A stretch of 64,000 nucleotides of DNA from an uncultured Chloroflexia bacterium. Lineage in GTDB: Bacteria > Chloroflexota > Limnocylindria > Limnocylindrales > CSP1-4. The notes beneath the pieces were generated by a model that saw only the letters and a program-made list of their open reading frames with translations, was not told the origin of the DNA and made no database searches. The stretch is from NCBI GenBank assembly GCA_963720755.1, contig CAVRGP010000002.1, positions 405,858 to 469,857 of the forward strand, in the 5' to 3' direction. Within the stretch, counting starts at the first letter, position 1. Every line of letters starts with the position of its first letter. A program made the position numbers and the translations under genes. Positions 9,151-19,240 of the stretch are shown piece by piece.

Positions 9151-10370
9151 CACAGCGTCGCCAGTCGTCGGACGGCCTCGTCGATGATCTCGTCCCGTTT
9201 GCAGAAGGCGAACCGGACGAACGGTTTGCCGTCGCGCGGGTCGTCGTGGAACACCTCGTCGGGCACCGCGACGACGCCGGCCCGATGGGGCAGGTCGAGG
9301 CAGAACGTCATCCCGTCGTCGTGCCCGAGCGGCCGGATGTCGGTCATCACGAAGTAGGTGCCCTGCGGCCGGTAGACCCCGAAGCCGGCCGCCGTCAGCC
9401 CCGCGCAGAGCCGATCCCGCTTGTCCTGCAGGCTGTTGCGCAGCTCCCGCACCCACTCCATCTCGGTCAGCAGCGCCTGGGCGACGGCGGGTTGGAACGG
9501 CGCCCCGCCGACGTAGGTGAGGAATTGCTTGGCCGCCCGGACCGCGGCGATCAGCGGGTGCCGGCCCGCAGGCCCAGCCGATCTTCCAACCGGTGGCGTT
9601 GAACGTCTTGCCGGCGCTGGAGATGGTGACGGTGCGCTCGGCCATCCCGTCGAAGGTGCGCCAGCGGCAGGTGCTCGGCGTCGTCATAGACGAGGTACTC
9701 GTAGACCTCGTCGGTGAGCACGATCAGGTCGTGCCGGATCGCGACCGCGGCGATGCCGGTCAGGTCCGTCCCGGGTGAGCACGGTGCCGGTCGGGTTGTG
9801 CGGGGTGTTGAGGATCAGCAGCCGGGTCCGCGGCCCGACGGCTGCCTCGAGTTCGTCCAGGTCCAGGGCGAACCGGCCGGTGGCGTCCGGCCGCAACGGC
9901 ACCGATCGATGGCTGCCGCCGGCCATCGCGACGATCGGCGGGTACGAGTCGTAGTGCGGCTCCAGCATCAGCACCTCATCGCCCGGTTCGCAGAGCGCCA
10001 GGACAGCCGCCGCCAGGGCCTCGGTGGCGCCGACCGTGACCAGCACCTCGGTGTCCGGATCGAAATGCTGTCCGTGGTCGCGGAGCCTCGCCTCCGCGAT
10101 GGCCTGCCGCAGGGCCGGGATGCCCGGCCCGGGCGGGTACTGGTTGACGCCGTCGGCGATGGCCTGCCGGGCCGCCGCCAGCAGCGACGCCGGCCCGTCG
10201 GTGTCCGGGAATCCCTGGCCCAGGTTGATCGATCCGGTGGCCGTGGCCAGCGCCGACATCTCGGCGAAGATGGTGGTCGTGTACGGCCGGAGCCGGTGCA
10301 CCAGCGGGTCGGTCAGCCGCGCCGAACGCGCCGTGGCCGGTATCGCTGCGGGTTCGGTTGACGTGGGCAT
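9150..10370 (-). CDS. PLP-dependent class I/II aminotransferase (DapC/YbdL-like), about three frameshifts (~9770, ~9662, ~9558)
   Basis: TTIFAEMSALA, INLGQGFPD, VTVGATEA, NTPHNPTG, DEVYE, ISSAGKTFNATGWKIGW, VRFAFCK across frames. Confidence 0.88.
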
Positions 10371-10554
10371 CTGCTATTCCTACCGTGCCGACCGCGATGG
10401 CGATCGGGCGGCGGAGGGTGGACCGGCCCCGGCCGGGGAACAATGACGCCATGAGTACCACCGAATCAGAGTCGCACGCAGACGCCCCCGCGCAGAGCCG
10501 GCGGCGCCGGCGTCGATCGGTGGAACGGCCGGTGCACCGCCACCGCGCCGAGCC

Positions 10555-11835
10555 GTGACCGCCCCGATGGGCTTCGCCGCGGACGAGCTGAGCCCCGCCG
10601 ATCAGGAACGTCGCCGCCGGTTGAACCGGATGAAAGCGGTGGCCACCGGCGCGTTGGTGCTGATGGCGGTGATCTTCGTCATCGCGTTCTCGCTCGAGGA
10701 GCGTTATCCGTGGTTGGGCTACGTCCGGGCGATGGCCGAGGCCGGGATGGTCGGCGCGCTGGCCGACTGGTTCGCCGTCACGGCGCTGTTCCGTCGGCCG
10801 CTCGGGTTGCCGATCCCGCACACCGCGATCATCCCGAACCGGAAGGACGCCATCGGGTCGTCGTTGTCGGAGTTCGTCGCCACCAATTTCCTGTCCGAAG
10901 CCGTGGTGCGGGAGAAGCTCGCCGGCTTCTCGGTCGCCCGCCGCATCGGCGACTTCCTGGTCAAGCCGGGGTCGGCGGAGCGGGTGACCGCCGAGTTGGC
11001 GACCGCGGTCCGCGGCATCAGCACCGTGCTCAGTGACGACCAGGTCGCCGATCTGCTGGAATCGATGGCGCGCCGCAAGATCGCCGAGACCAAGATCGGC
11101 CCGCCGCTGGGTCGGATCGCGGCCGAGGTGTTCGAGCGCGGCGACCACCGTCCGCTGGTGGATTTCGTGGTCGAGCGCTGCTACGAGTGGATCCGGGACA
11201 ACTACACCGCGGTGTCCCGGGTGGTTTCGCAGCGCGCGCCGTCGTGGTCGCCGCGGTTCCTGGACGGATTCGTCGCGGACCGGATCTACCAGGAGGTGCT
11301 GGCCTTCGCCGAGGCGGTGAAGAACGATCCCGGCCATCAGTTGCGCGGCGCGTTGGACCGGTTCCTGGCCGAGTTCGCGCAGGACCTGCAGCACGACCCG
11401 GCGACCATCGAGCGGGTCGAGGCGATCAAGGACCAGGTCGTGTCGAACGCGGAGGTTCGCTCGCTCGCGGCCAGTGCGTGGACGTCGATCAAGGACGCCC
11501 TGCTGCAGGCAGCGGAGGACCCGAATTCGCCGCTGCGGCAATCGGTGACGAAGGCGCTGGTCTCCTTCGGGGTCACCCTGACGCAGGACGGGCCGATGGC
11601 CAGGAAGGTGGACGGCTGGGCGGCGGACGCCGCCGGCTACCTGGCCCGCAACCACGCCAGGAGCATCACCGGGATCATCGACGAGACCATCTCCCGCTGG
11701 GACGGCGAGGCCACCAGCCGCAAGATCGAGCTGCAGGTGGGCCGGGATCTGCAGTTCATCAGGATCAACGGCACGGTGGTCGGCGCGCTGGCCGGCCTGG
11801 CGATCTACACGCTGGCGGAGCTTTTCCTGCGCTGA
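10555..11835 (+). CDS. DUF445 family membrane protein
   Basis: AEAGMVGALADWFAVTALFRRPLGLPIPHTAIIP; IELQVGRDLQFIRINGTVVGALAG. True start may be ATG 10451 across an indel. Confidence 0.9.
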   Translation: MTAPMGFAADELSPADQERRRRLNRMKAVATGALVLMAVIFVIAFSLEERYPWLGYVRAMAEAGMVGALADWFAVTALFRRPLGLPIPHTAIIPNRKDAIGSSLSEFVATNFLSEAVVREKLAGFSVARRIGDFLVKPGSAERVTAELATAVRGISTVLSDDQVADLLESMARRKIAETKIGPPLGRIAAEVFERGDHRPLVDFVVERCYEWIRDNYTAVSRVVSQRAPSWSPRFLDGFVADRIYQEVLAFAEAVKNDPGHQLRGALDRFLAEFAQDLQHDPATIERVEAIKDQVVSNAEVRSLAASAWTSIKDALLQAAEDPNSPLRQSVTKALVSFGVTLTQDGPMARKVDGWAADAAGYLARNHARSITGIIDETISRWDGEATSRKIELQVGRDLQFIRINGTVVGALAGLAIYTLAELFLR

Positions 11836-11929
11836 GGACGGGGGCGTTCCGGTGCTCAGTGCCGGGGGTTCCCACGCCGTGGAGCTGCTCCGACGGCGCC
11901 TGTCGGACCCGGGTGCTGTGATGTCGGGT

Positions 11930-12316
11930 ATGACATCACATCCCGACAGCGGACCGATTGCCACCTTCGATCTGGTGGTGCTGGACACCCCGGAGCCGCG
12001 GCGCCTGGCTGATTTCTACTGCGCGCTGCTCGATTGGCGCATTGAGCGGGAGGAGGAGGACTGGGTGACCATCCGGGGCGCCGGCGGGGTGGGTATGGCC
12101 TTCCAGTTGGCACCCGACCTGGTCCCGCCGACCTGGCCGGACCCGGCGGTACCGCAGCAGTTCCATCTGGATGTGAACGTGGCCGACCTCGACGAGGGCG
12201 AGCGGCGGGTGCTGGCGATCGGCGCGCGGTTGACCGGCCAGCCCGCAGAGCCCAGCGGCTTCCGGGCCTATCTCGATCCGTCGGGCCACCCGTTCTGCCT
12301 GTGCGTTGTCGATTAG
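11930..12316 (+). CDS. VOC (glyoxalase/bleomycin resistance) family protein
   Basis: VVLD..EPRRLADFY, FQ.APD..PPTWP, QQFHLD, DPSGHPFCL; start ATG 11930 or 11921. Confidence 0.88.
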   Translation: MTSHPDSGPIATFDLVVLDTPEPRRLADFYCALLDWRIEREEEDWVTIRGAGGVGMAFQLAPDLVPPTWPDPAVPQQFHLDVNVADLDEGERRVLAIGARLTGQPAEPSGFRAYLDPSGHPFCLCVVD

Positions 12317-12349
12317 TCCTGCCGCGTGAGGGCTGGCACCCTGGGCCCG

Positions 12350-12997
12350 GTGCAGTTCACCCCCGTATCGCCGACACGCCTGGCCGGCGAACTGGCTCGG
12401 TGGATCGATTCCCTCCCGGGCACGCACCCCGTGGCGGGCATCGACGGGGCGACCGAGATCGGGTCCACCGCGCTCGCGGACGCAGTGGCCGGTGCGCTGG
12501 CGGATCTGAACCGACCGGTCATCAGGGCGTCGACGTCGTGGTGGTGGCGACCGGCGTCGCTGCGGCTGGAATTCGGCCGCACCGACGTCGACATGCTGCT
12601 CGCCGGCTGGGTTGATACCGGTGCACTCCTCCGTGAGCTGCTGGACCCGCTGGGAGACAACGGTTCCGGTCACTACCTGACCAGGTTGCGCGATCCGGAC
12701 ACGGATCGCTCGATCCGCGAACCGCGGCAAGCCGCGCCCGCTGGTTCGGTACTGCTGCTCGACGGCCCGTTCCTGCTGGCGGCCGGTCTGCCGATGGATG
12801 GGGTGGTACACCTGCAGGTGTCGCGGGGAACCCTGGGTCGGGCGCTGCCCGCCGATCGGCACTGGTGGCTCGAGGGCTTCCAGCGTTACCTCTCCGAGGA
12901 CCGGCCCAATGAACAGGCGGCGGCGGTGGTGGCGTACGACCATCCGGCCGCACCGGCGATCGCCTGGGCTGACGACGCTGCCCAGACTCCCGGCTGA
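12350..12997 (+). CDS. Uridine-kinase-like P-loop fold protein
   Basis: AGIDG motif, WWRPASLRLEFGRTD, LLRELLDPL, VLLLDGPFL, YDHP..PA; Walker A degenerate. Confidence 0.7.
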   Translation: MQFTPVSPTRLAGELARWIDSLPGTHPVAGIDGATEIGSTALADAVAGALADLNRPVIRASTSWWWRPASLRLEFGRTDVDMLLAGWVDTGALLRELLDPLGDNGSGHYLTRLRDPDTDRSIREPRQAAPAGSVLLLDGPFLLAAGLPMDGVVHLQVSRGTLGRALPADRHWWLEGFQRYLSEDRPNEQAAAVVAYDHPAAPAIAWADDAAQTPG

Positions 12998-13186
12998 GCA
13001 CCTGGGCGCTGCCTGAACTCTGCCCAGGCCGAGTCGGTGCCCTGCGGGACAGCGCTGCCACCACCGTCTCCCGGGTCGGAGCAGCAACCGTGATGACCCG
13101 GGACGGTACTCAACCCGTGGGCCCGCTTGGCCGACCCCGAGCCTCCGTGACCCTGCTCACGCACCGCCATCTGCGCTAACACCACC

Positions 13187-13216
13187 GCTTGCAATTGCAA
13201 GCACCCCGCGTAGATT
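13187..13216 (+). promoter_or_regulatory. Perfect 16-bp palindromic operator overlapping a promoter
   Basis: GCTTGCAATTGCAAGC (13187-13202) contains TTGCAA (-35-like); TAGATT (-10-like) at 13211-13216; upstream of the XRE gene. Confidence 0.75.
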
Positions 13217-13257
13217 GGGCGGGTGGGCAATTCAGCCGTCTCGGGCGGCCGGGGTCG

Positions 13258-13707
13258 ATGGACCTGAATCCGGTGCTGACCCCGGTCCGTGACCTGGGTG
13301 ATTTCATCCGCGAGCAGCGAACGGCCGCGCACATCTCCATCAGAGGCTTGGCAGCAAAGGCCGGGGTGTCCAATCCCTATCTCTCCCAGGTGGAACGCGG
13401 ACTGCGCCGGCCCAGCGCAGAGATCCTCGCCCAGATCGCCCACGGGCTCTCGATATCGGTCGAGTCGCTGCTGGCGAAGGCCGGAATCCTGGAGATCGCG
13501 GACGCCCCGGAGGTGGTCGTCGCGATCCGTGCCGACCACACGCTCACCGAACGGCACAAGTCGGCACTGATCGACATCTACGCCGCCTTCTGCCGGGAGG
13601 CAGACGCCGTAGCCCGGCTCGCCCAGGCGGCGGAGGGTCCGTCGGAGGTCAGTGGGCCGCCCGCGGACGGAGCGCGGGCGGTGGTGAGCATCGCCCCGCC
13701 AACCTGA
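13258..13707 (+). CDS. XRE-family HTH regulator (Rv0474/MLDSR-like)
   Basis: DLGDFIREQR...SIRGLAAKAGVSNPYLSQVERGLRRPSAEILAQIA; sits before an HBHA-like gene. Confidence 0.9.
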   Translation: MDLNPVLTPVRDLGDFIREQRTAAHISIRGLAAKAGVSNPYLSQVERGLRRPSAEILAQIAHGLSISVESLLAKAGILEIADAPEVVVAIRADHTLTERHKSALIDIYAAFCREADAVARLAQAAEGPSEVSGPPADGARAVVSIAPPT

Positions 13708-13822
13708 TGACAGGCCGATGCCCGGTCGGCGGCGGCCCACCCGGCCACGACCACCGACGATGACCCCGACCGCAGGACCCCACCAGCACCAGGCATCGCG
13801 CCGATGCCGGAAGGAGAACGTC

Positions 13823-15157
13823 ATGTCCCTCGTCACCGATATCCGGTCGGTCTCCGACAACGCCATGGAACAACTCGCCGACCGCTTCGGAGACCTGCCC
13901 CGACCCCTGCTTGCCGCCATCGGCGCCGGGGACCTGGCAGTCGAGCAGTTGGCCGCGCTCCGCGAGAGCCTGCTCGAGCAGTTCACCGCAGGCGGCGACG
14001 GGGCTGACGTGCGAACGTTCACCACCGAGCTGCCGGTGAAGGCCCAGCAGGCAGCCGCCGACTATGCCGGCAAGGTCCAGCACGCGGCCACCGGATACGT
14101 CGGCAAGGTGCAGGAGTCCGCGGTCGGGTACCTGAGCAAGGCGCAGGAAGCAGCCGTCGATTACGCCGGCAAGGCCCAGGGGGCCGCCGCGGACCTGCCA
14201 GGGAAGGCCCAGCAAGCAGCGAGCGGCTATGTGGGTAAGGCGCAACAGGCCGTGGCCGATTTGCCGGTCAAGGTGCAGAAGGCCGTGATCGAACTGCCCG
14301 ACATGGCCCACCAGGTCGCGTCAGATCTGGGTAGGACGTCCCCTTCGGCATCGGATCTGCCACAGCGCGCACAGCAGATCGCGGCGGACGTTGCCGCATC
14401 GATTGCGACCTTTGCCGCTCAGCTCCCGACAAAGGCCCAGGGGCTGGTCGCGGAATTGCCGGCGAAGGTCGCCGGTTTCTCCGGAGATCTGTCGACGGAG
14501 ACCGTCCGCGACACCATGGAGGCCTACACCGAACTCGTCGGAGCGATCTACGGCAGCCTCGCCGACCGGGGGGACCGCGCCTGGTCCAGGGTGCGGTCGG
14601 CATCTCTGCGGCCCGGGACCGTCGTCGATGCGTCCCGGGACCTTCTGCCGAGTGCTGTGGCAGGAACCGCCGCCTCGCCCACCGCCTCCACCGCACCGCC
14701 GGCTGGCGCCACGCCGCCGGTCACCGCCCGCGCGGCGGCCAAGGCGGCGGAATCCCCGAAGAAGGCGACAACCGCCAGGACACCGGCCTCGGCCCCGGTG
14801 ACCACGGCAGCGCCCAGGACGGCACGAGCGGCGAAGGCAGCAAAGGCGGAGGCTGCGAAGTCGGTCAGCCCCAAGTCGTCGACCGGCAGGACGGCCGCGG
14901 CGAAGGCTTCGGCGTCGGCGACCGGGGGGACCAAGCCGAAGACCGTGCCGACGACCAGGTCGGCGGCGAGCAAGGCCGGCTCCGCAGCCGCGACGCCCTC
15001 CCGAACCTCGGCGAGCAAGGTCGCCGGCAAGCCTGCCGCCCCGAAGGCGCGGCCACGACCCGAGGGTGGCACCGGAGCTGCCGGCACATCGGCACCATCG
15101 GCCACCAAGACTCCTCGGACGCGCCGGACCACCGACCTGGACGATTCAAAGAGCTAG
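13823..15157 (+). CDS. HBHA/MLDS(TadA)-like protein with 11-mer repeats and Lys/Ala/Thr-rich tail
   Basis: AAGGAG RBS; PRPLLAAIGAGDLAV and Y.SLADRG motifs; between XRE and DUF2516 genes as for hbhA. Confidence 0.78.
   Translation: MSLVTDIRSVSDNAMEQLADRFGDLPRPLLAAIGAGDLAVEQLAALRESLLEQFTAGGDGADVRTFTTELPVKAQQAAADYAGKVQHAATGYVGKVQESAVGYLSKAQEAAVDYAGKAQGAAADLPGKAQQAASGYVGKAQQAVADLPVKVQKAVIELPDMAHQVASDLGRTSPSASDLPQRAQQIAADVAASIATFAAQLPTKAQGLVAELPAKVAGFSGDLSTETVRDTMEAYTELVGAIYGSLADRGDRAWSRVRSASLRPGTVVDASRDLLPSAVAGTAASPTASTAPPAGATPPVTARAAAKAAESPKKATTARTPASAPVTTAAPRTARAAKAAKAEAAKSVSPKSSTGRTAAAKASASATGGTKPKTVPTTRSAASKAGSAAATPSRTSASKVAGKPAAPKARPRPEGGTGAAGTSAPSATKTPRTRRTTDLDDSKS
14030..14300 (+). repeat. 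About 8 degenerate 33-bp (11-aa) coding tandem repeats
   Basis: LPVKAQQAAAD YAGKVQHAATG YVGKVQESAVG YLSKAQEAAVD YAGKAQGAAAD LPGKAQQAASG YVGKAQQAVAD LPVKVQKAVIE. Confidence 0.88.
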
Positions 15158-15364
15158 CGCGGGGCGGCCACCCGTTCAGGGTGGTCGCGGTCTCGTCGGC
15201 GGGAAAGGCGCTGCGAAAGCACCCGTGGCGGCGGACGGCGGCCGGCACCAACGGGTTCGTGCGCTCTCCGGCTCGGGTGGTGGGGCAACGCCGCGGTGCG
15301 CAGTCGCGGGGTCGGGACGCGCTGGAGTGCTGGACCTCACGGCTGCACCACGTACCCTTACCTG

Positions 15365-15676
15365 GTGGGACTGATAGAGCCGATCATCGAAATTGTGACG
15401 TGGATCCTCGCAATCGGCGGGGCCGTCACCGGTGTCTTTGCCGCAGTCGACGCGGCCAGCCGTCGGTCCGACGCTTTCGCAGCCGCGGACAAGCAGACCA
15501 AGGGCACGTGGGCGGGCATCACGGTTGCCTGCGCGATCGTGCTCGGTCTGGCCATCGTCGGCGGCGCATTCGCTCCGCAGAGCCTGCTGTGGCTGGCCGG
15601 CCTGACCGGCAGCCTGGTGTATCTGCTCGATGTCCGCCCGCGGTTGCGCGAAGTTCAGCGCGGCGGCCGCTGGTAG
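15365..15676 (+). CDS. DUF2516 family membrane protein
   Basis: RRSDAFAAADKQTKGTW and VYLLDVRPRLREV motifs. Confidence 0.88.
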   Translation: MGLIEPIIEIVTWILAIGGAVTGVFAAVDAASRRSDAFAAADKQTKGTWAGITVACAIVLGLAIVGGAFAPQSLLWLAGLTGSLVYLLDVRPRLREVQRGGRW

Positions 15677-15808
15677 CAGCCGGATTCACCGGACGCACTG
15701 TCGCGGGTTTCCCGTCGGGTGCGCGGGTTGTCGCAATCCGCGTGCATGGAAAGCCCGGCCCGCTGGTCGCGGTGCCGGGCTGTCGGACGACCTGATCCGC
15801 GAGCTGAG

Positions 15809-16390
15809 TCAGCCGTGTGACGGCTGCATACCTGGGCCGGGTGTCTCGACCGCGTCACCTTCGCGATGGGTGTGCCCGTCGCCCTTGGCGATGGCCGCCT
15901 CGGCGGCCAGGTGCTTGCGTTCGCGATCGTAGGAAATGGCGATCTCGATCTCGGCGTCATCGCGGCCGACCCAGTTGGCGCCCTCGACGCTCTTGCCGGG
16001 TTCGAGGTCCTTGTAGACCTCGAAGAAGTGCTGGATCTCCAGCTTTTCGAAGATGTTCAGGTCGCCGATGTCCTGCAGGTGCGCCTGCCGCGGGTCGTTG
16101 GCCGAGACGCACAGCACCTTGTCGTCTGGTCCGGCCTCGTCCGTCATCCGGAACATCCCGATGGCCCGCGCCTTTACCAGGCACCCGGGAAAGGTCGCCT
16201 CGGCCAGCAACACCAGTGCGTCGAGCGGATCGCCGTCCTGACCGAGGGTGTCGTCGATGAACCCGTAGTCGGCCGGGTACTGGGTGGCGGTGAAGAGCGT
16301 CCGGTCGAGCCGGATCCGCCCGGAGACGTGATCCACCTCGTACTTGTTGCGACTGCCCTTGGGGATCTCGATGGTCACGTCGAACTCCAC
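15809..16390 (-). CDS. ppa: Inorganic pyrophosphatase
   Basis: [54 protein letters not shown]. Confidence 0.96.
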   Translation of the reverse strand: MEFDVTIEIPKGSRNKYEVDHVSGRIRLDRTLFTATQYPADYGFIDDTLGQDGDPLDALVLLAEATFPGCLVKARAIGMFRMTDEAGPDDKVLCVSANDPRQAHLQDIGDLNIFEKLEIQHFFEVYKDLEPGKSVEGANWVGRDDAEIEIAISYDRERKHLAAEAAIAKGDGHTHREGDAVETPGPGMQPSHG

Positions 16391-16641
16391 AGGTGTCACC
16401 TTTCGCAGATGCATAGTTCCGGGGATCGTGGTCGAGCCATCCCGACCATCCCCGGAGCGGCGGGCACGTTCCGGGGAGCCCCGCAACGGTGGCCCGACGC
16501 GGGCCTGTGCAGACTCTAGTCTGGACATGGTCGGTGGGCTCGCGCACGTACCGTGACGTGGGCCCGGCGGCTGTGCCGGCGGTCACAGTGCTGCCGGCTC
16601 CGCCGGAGTGTCCAGTCGGGTTGGTGCCAGAGGAGTCGTTC

Positions 16642-18051
16642 GTGGCAGCGTTGTCCGGATCGCGTCGAGCGATCGTCATCGTCGTGACAGTCGTGATCGC
16701 CGCGGTGGTTGCGGTCGGTGCGGTGGTGTGGTTCACCTCGAAGGACGGATCCTCCACCGCCGCCGGGTCCACCGCGCCGACCGCCGATATCGTCGACCCG
16801 CCCGTCGTCGAGCCGCCGGCGAAGATCGTGCCGTTGGCCGCCTCGGAGACGGTGCCGAGCACCGCGGGCATCGAGGCCCAGTTGGCCGGCCAACTGGCGA
16901 ACCCGGCGCTCGCCCAGTTCACGGGCATCGTCATCGACCCGACATCGGGCACCGTGCTGTGGAACAAGGAAGCCAACTCCCCGCAGATACCGGCGTCGAC
17001 GGCGAAGCTGCTGACCGGTGCCGCGCTGCTCACCTCGGTCGACCCGACCAGCCGGTTTGTCACCAAAGTGGTCCAGGGTGACCAGGCCGGCGACATCGTT
17101 TTGGTCGGCGGCGGCGACGTCACGCTGTCCGCGCGCAGTGAAGGCGTGGGCACCGTGTACGACGGAGCCCCGTTGATGGCCGATCTCGCCGCCCAGGTGC
17201 GGGCCAGCGGGATCGACGTCAAGCGCATTGTGCTGGACACCGAGTACTGGACCGGCCCCGACCTCGCCGACGGCTGGCAGACCGCCGACATTCGCGGCAC
17301 GCCGGGCAGCGCGCAGGGGTACATCACCAGGATGTCGCCGCTGATGGTCGACGGTGACCGGGAGAACCCGGCCAACGAGAACTCCGTTCGTACCGGCGAT
17401 CCGGCCACCACCGCCGGCAAGGCCCTGGCCCGGTTGATCGGCAACCCCGACCTTCCGCTCGTCGACGGCTCCGCGCCGGAAGGCGGCGCCGTCATCGGAC
17501 AGGTGTCCTCCCAACCGATGTCGGTCCTGCTGGCGCAGGCGCTGGAGAATTCCGACAACGTGCTCGCCGAGGCGCTGGCCCGGCAGGTCGCGATCGCCAG
17601 GGGGGCGCCGCCGAGCTTCACCGGCGCATCGGCCGCCATCATCGAGGCGCTCGAGCAACTCGGTATCGACTCCATCGGGATCGAGATGTTCGACGGCTCC
17701 GGCATTTCGACCAAGGACCGGATCCCGCCGGCGGTGTTGGCGCAGGTGGTGGCGCTGGCCGTGAAGGGCGAGGTGCCCGCGGTGCGCAACCTGCTGACCG
17801 GTTTGCCCGTTGCCGGGGTGTCCGGCAGCCTCGCCGACCGGTTCCAGGACGATGGATCACGGTCGGGGGCCGGCTGGGTCCGCGCCAAGACCGGGTCCCT
17901 CGAGGTCACCTATGCACTGGCCGGCTACGTCCCGGACGTCGACGGCCGGATTCTGGTCTTCGCGTTCGTCTCCAACGGTGTCGACCCCGTCACCACCCGG
18001 CCGGCGCTGGACGCGCTCGCCGCGGGCCTGCGCGGCTGCGGCTGCGCCTGA
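16642..18051 (+). CDS. dacB: D-alanyl-D-alanine carboxypeptidase/endopeptidase (PBP4, S13)
   Basis: N-terminal TM; SxxK (ASTAK), SDN, KTG; divergent from ppa. Confidence 0.92.
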   Translation: MAALSGSRRAIVIVVTVVIAAVVAVGAVVWFTSKDGSSTAAGSTAPTADIVDPPVVEPPAKIVPLAASETVPSTAGIEAQLAGQLANPALAQFTGIVIDPTSGTVLWNKEANSPQIPASTAKLLTGAALLTSVDPTSRFVTKVVQGDQAGDIVLVGGGDVTLSARSEGVGTVYDGAPLMADLAAQVRASGIDVKRIVLDTEYWTGPDLADGWQTADIRGTPGSAQGYITRMSPLMVDGDRENPANENSVRTGDPATTAGKALARLIGNPDLPLVDGSAPEGGAVIGQVSSQPMSVLLAQALENSDNVLAEALARQVAIARGAPPSFTGASAAIIEALEQLGIDSIGIEMFDGSGISTKDRIPPAVLAQVVALAVKGEVPAVRNLLTGLPVAGVSGSLADRFQDDGSRSGAGWVRAKTGSLEVTYALAGYVPDVDGRILVFAFVSNGVDPVTTRPALDALAAGLRGCGCA

Positions 18052-18132
18052 CCCGTCGGGCCCGAGCGACGGACGGACCAGACTCGCGGGCCCGTCGCAG
18101 GACGCCACGAGCCCGTCGCGCGGTGCTCTACC

Positions 18133-19227
18133 GTGGCTGTCGTGGGCGCAGAGAAGAGCACGGCTCCGATCGATTGGGCAGCGGCGGTGCGCGCCGGTCA
18201 GCGGTTGGCGCCGACCGGTCCTGCCGTCACCGCGGCAGAGGCCGCCGCCGTCGTCGCGGACCTCAGAGCGTTTTCGACCAGAGCTGAGCTGATCGTCCGT
18301 GACACCACGGGCCTGGGACACGGCCTGCCCGTTCAGGACGCTGACGTGGTGGACCGTCCGGGCTGGGTCAAGGCCACCGCCGAGGGGATGGAACTGCTGG
18401 CCGGTCCGTTGGTGGCCAAGTTGGGCGCGGCCGGGGGCAAGTCCGCCGGCCCGTGGACCCGCGGGCTGGCCGGATCCCAGGTCGGCTTCGTGTTGGGATT
18501 CCTGTCCGGCAAGGTCCTCGGTCAATTCGACCCGGTGGGCGGTGACCCGGCCAGTCCGGGTCGGCTGCTGCTGGTGGCCCCGAACATCGTCAAGGTCGAG
18601 CGTGAACTCGCCGCGACCCCGAGCGATTTCCGGCTGTGGGTCTGCCTGCACGAGAGCACCCATCGACTGCAGTTCACGGCGGTGCCGTGGCTGCGCGATT
18701 ACTTCCGTTCGCTGGTCGCCGACTTCGCCGACAAGGCCGACACCGACCCGTCGGCGATGTTGCGGCGGGCGGTGGAGGCAGTGAAGGGTGACGGACGCCG
18801 GTCGCCCGCCCTGCCGAGTGCACGCCCGGCCGGCGGCGGTCGGCCGTCCTGGATCGAAGGCATCCAATCGCCGGAGCAGCGGGTCGTCTTCGATCAGCTG
18901 ATGGCGATGATGACGCTGCTCGAGGGGCATGCCGATCACGTGATGGACGCGGTCGGCCCGTCGGTGGTGCCCTCGGTCACCGTGATCCGCGCCGCTTTCA
19001 CCGAGCGTCGGAAGCGGACCAAGGGGCCGCTGGATCGGCTCCTGCGGGCAGTGCTGGGGATGGACATGAAGCTTGCCCAGTACGTCAAGGGTGGGGCGTT
19101 CGTCGGCGGGGTCGTGGATCGGGTCGGGATGGACGCCTTCAACGCCGTGTGGACGTCGCCGGAGACGTTGCCGACCCGGCAGGAGATCGCCGATCCGCAG
19201 GCGTGGGTCCGCCGGGTGCACGGCTGA
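18133..19227 (+). CDS. Zinc-dependent metalloprotease (Rv3626c-like)
   Basis: VLGQFDP, LLLVAPNI, LHESTH (HExxH), LLEGHADHVMD, KLAQY. Confidence 0.88.
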   Translation: MAVVGAEKSTAPIDWAAAVRAGQRLAPTGPAVTAAEAAAVVADLRAFSTRAELIVRDTTGLGHGLPVQDADVVDRPGWVKATAEGMELLAGPLVAKLGAAGGKSAGPWTRGLAGSQVGFVLGFLSGKVLGQFDPVGGDPASPGRLLLVAPNIVKVERELAATPSDFRLWVCLHESTHRLQFTAVPWLRDYFRSLVADFADKADTDPSAMLRRAVEAVKGDGRRSPALPSARPAGGGRPSWIEGIQSPEQRVVFDQLMAMMTLLEGHADHVMDAVGPSVVPSVTVIRAAFTERRKRTKGPLDRLLRAVLGMDMKLAQYVKGGAFVGGVVDRVGMDAFNAVWTSPETLPTRQEIADPQAWVRRVHG

Positions 19228-19240
19228 GCGAGGTCCGGTG

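Noticed and set aside
7953-10370. Pseudogenised aminotransferase-dipeptidase operon
   Set aside because: All catalytic motifs are conserved and I saw only indels; consistent with a local low-quality stretch, though decay cannot be excluded without reads.
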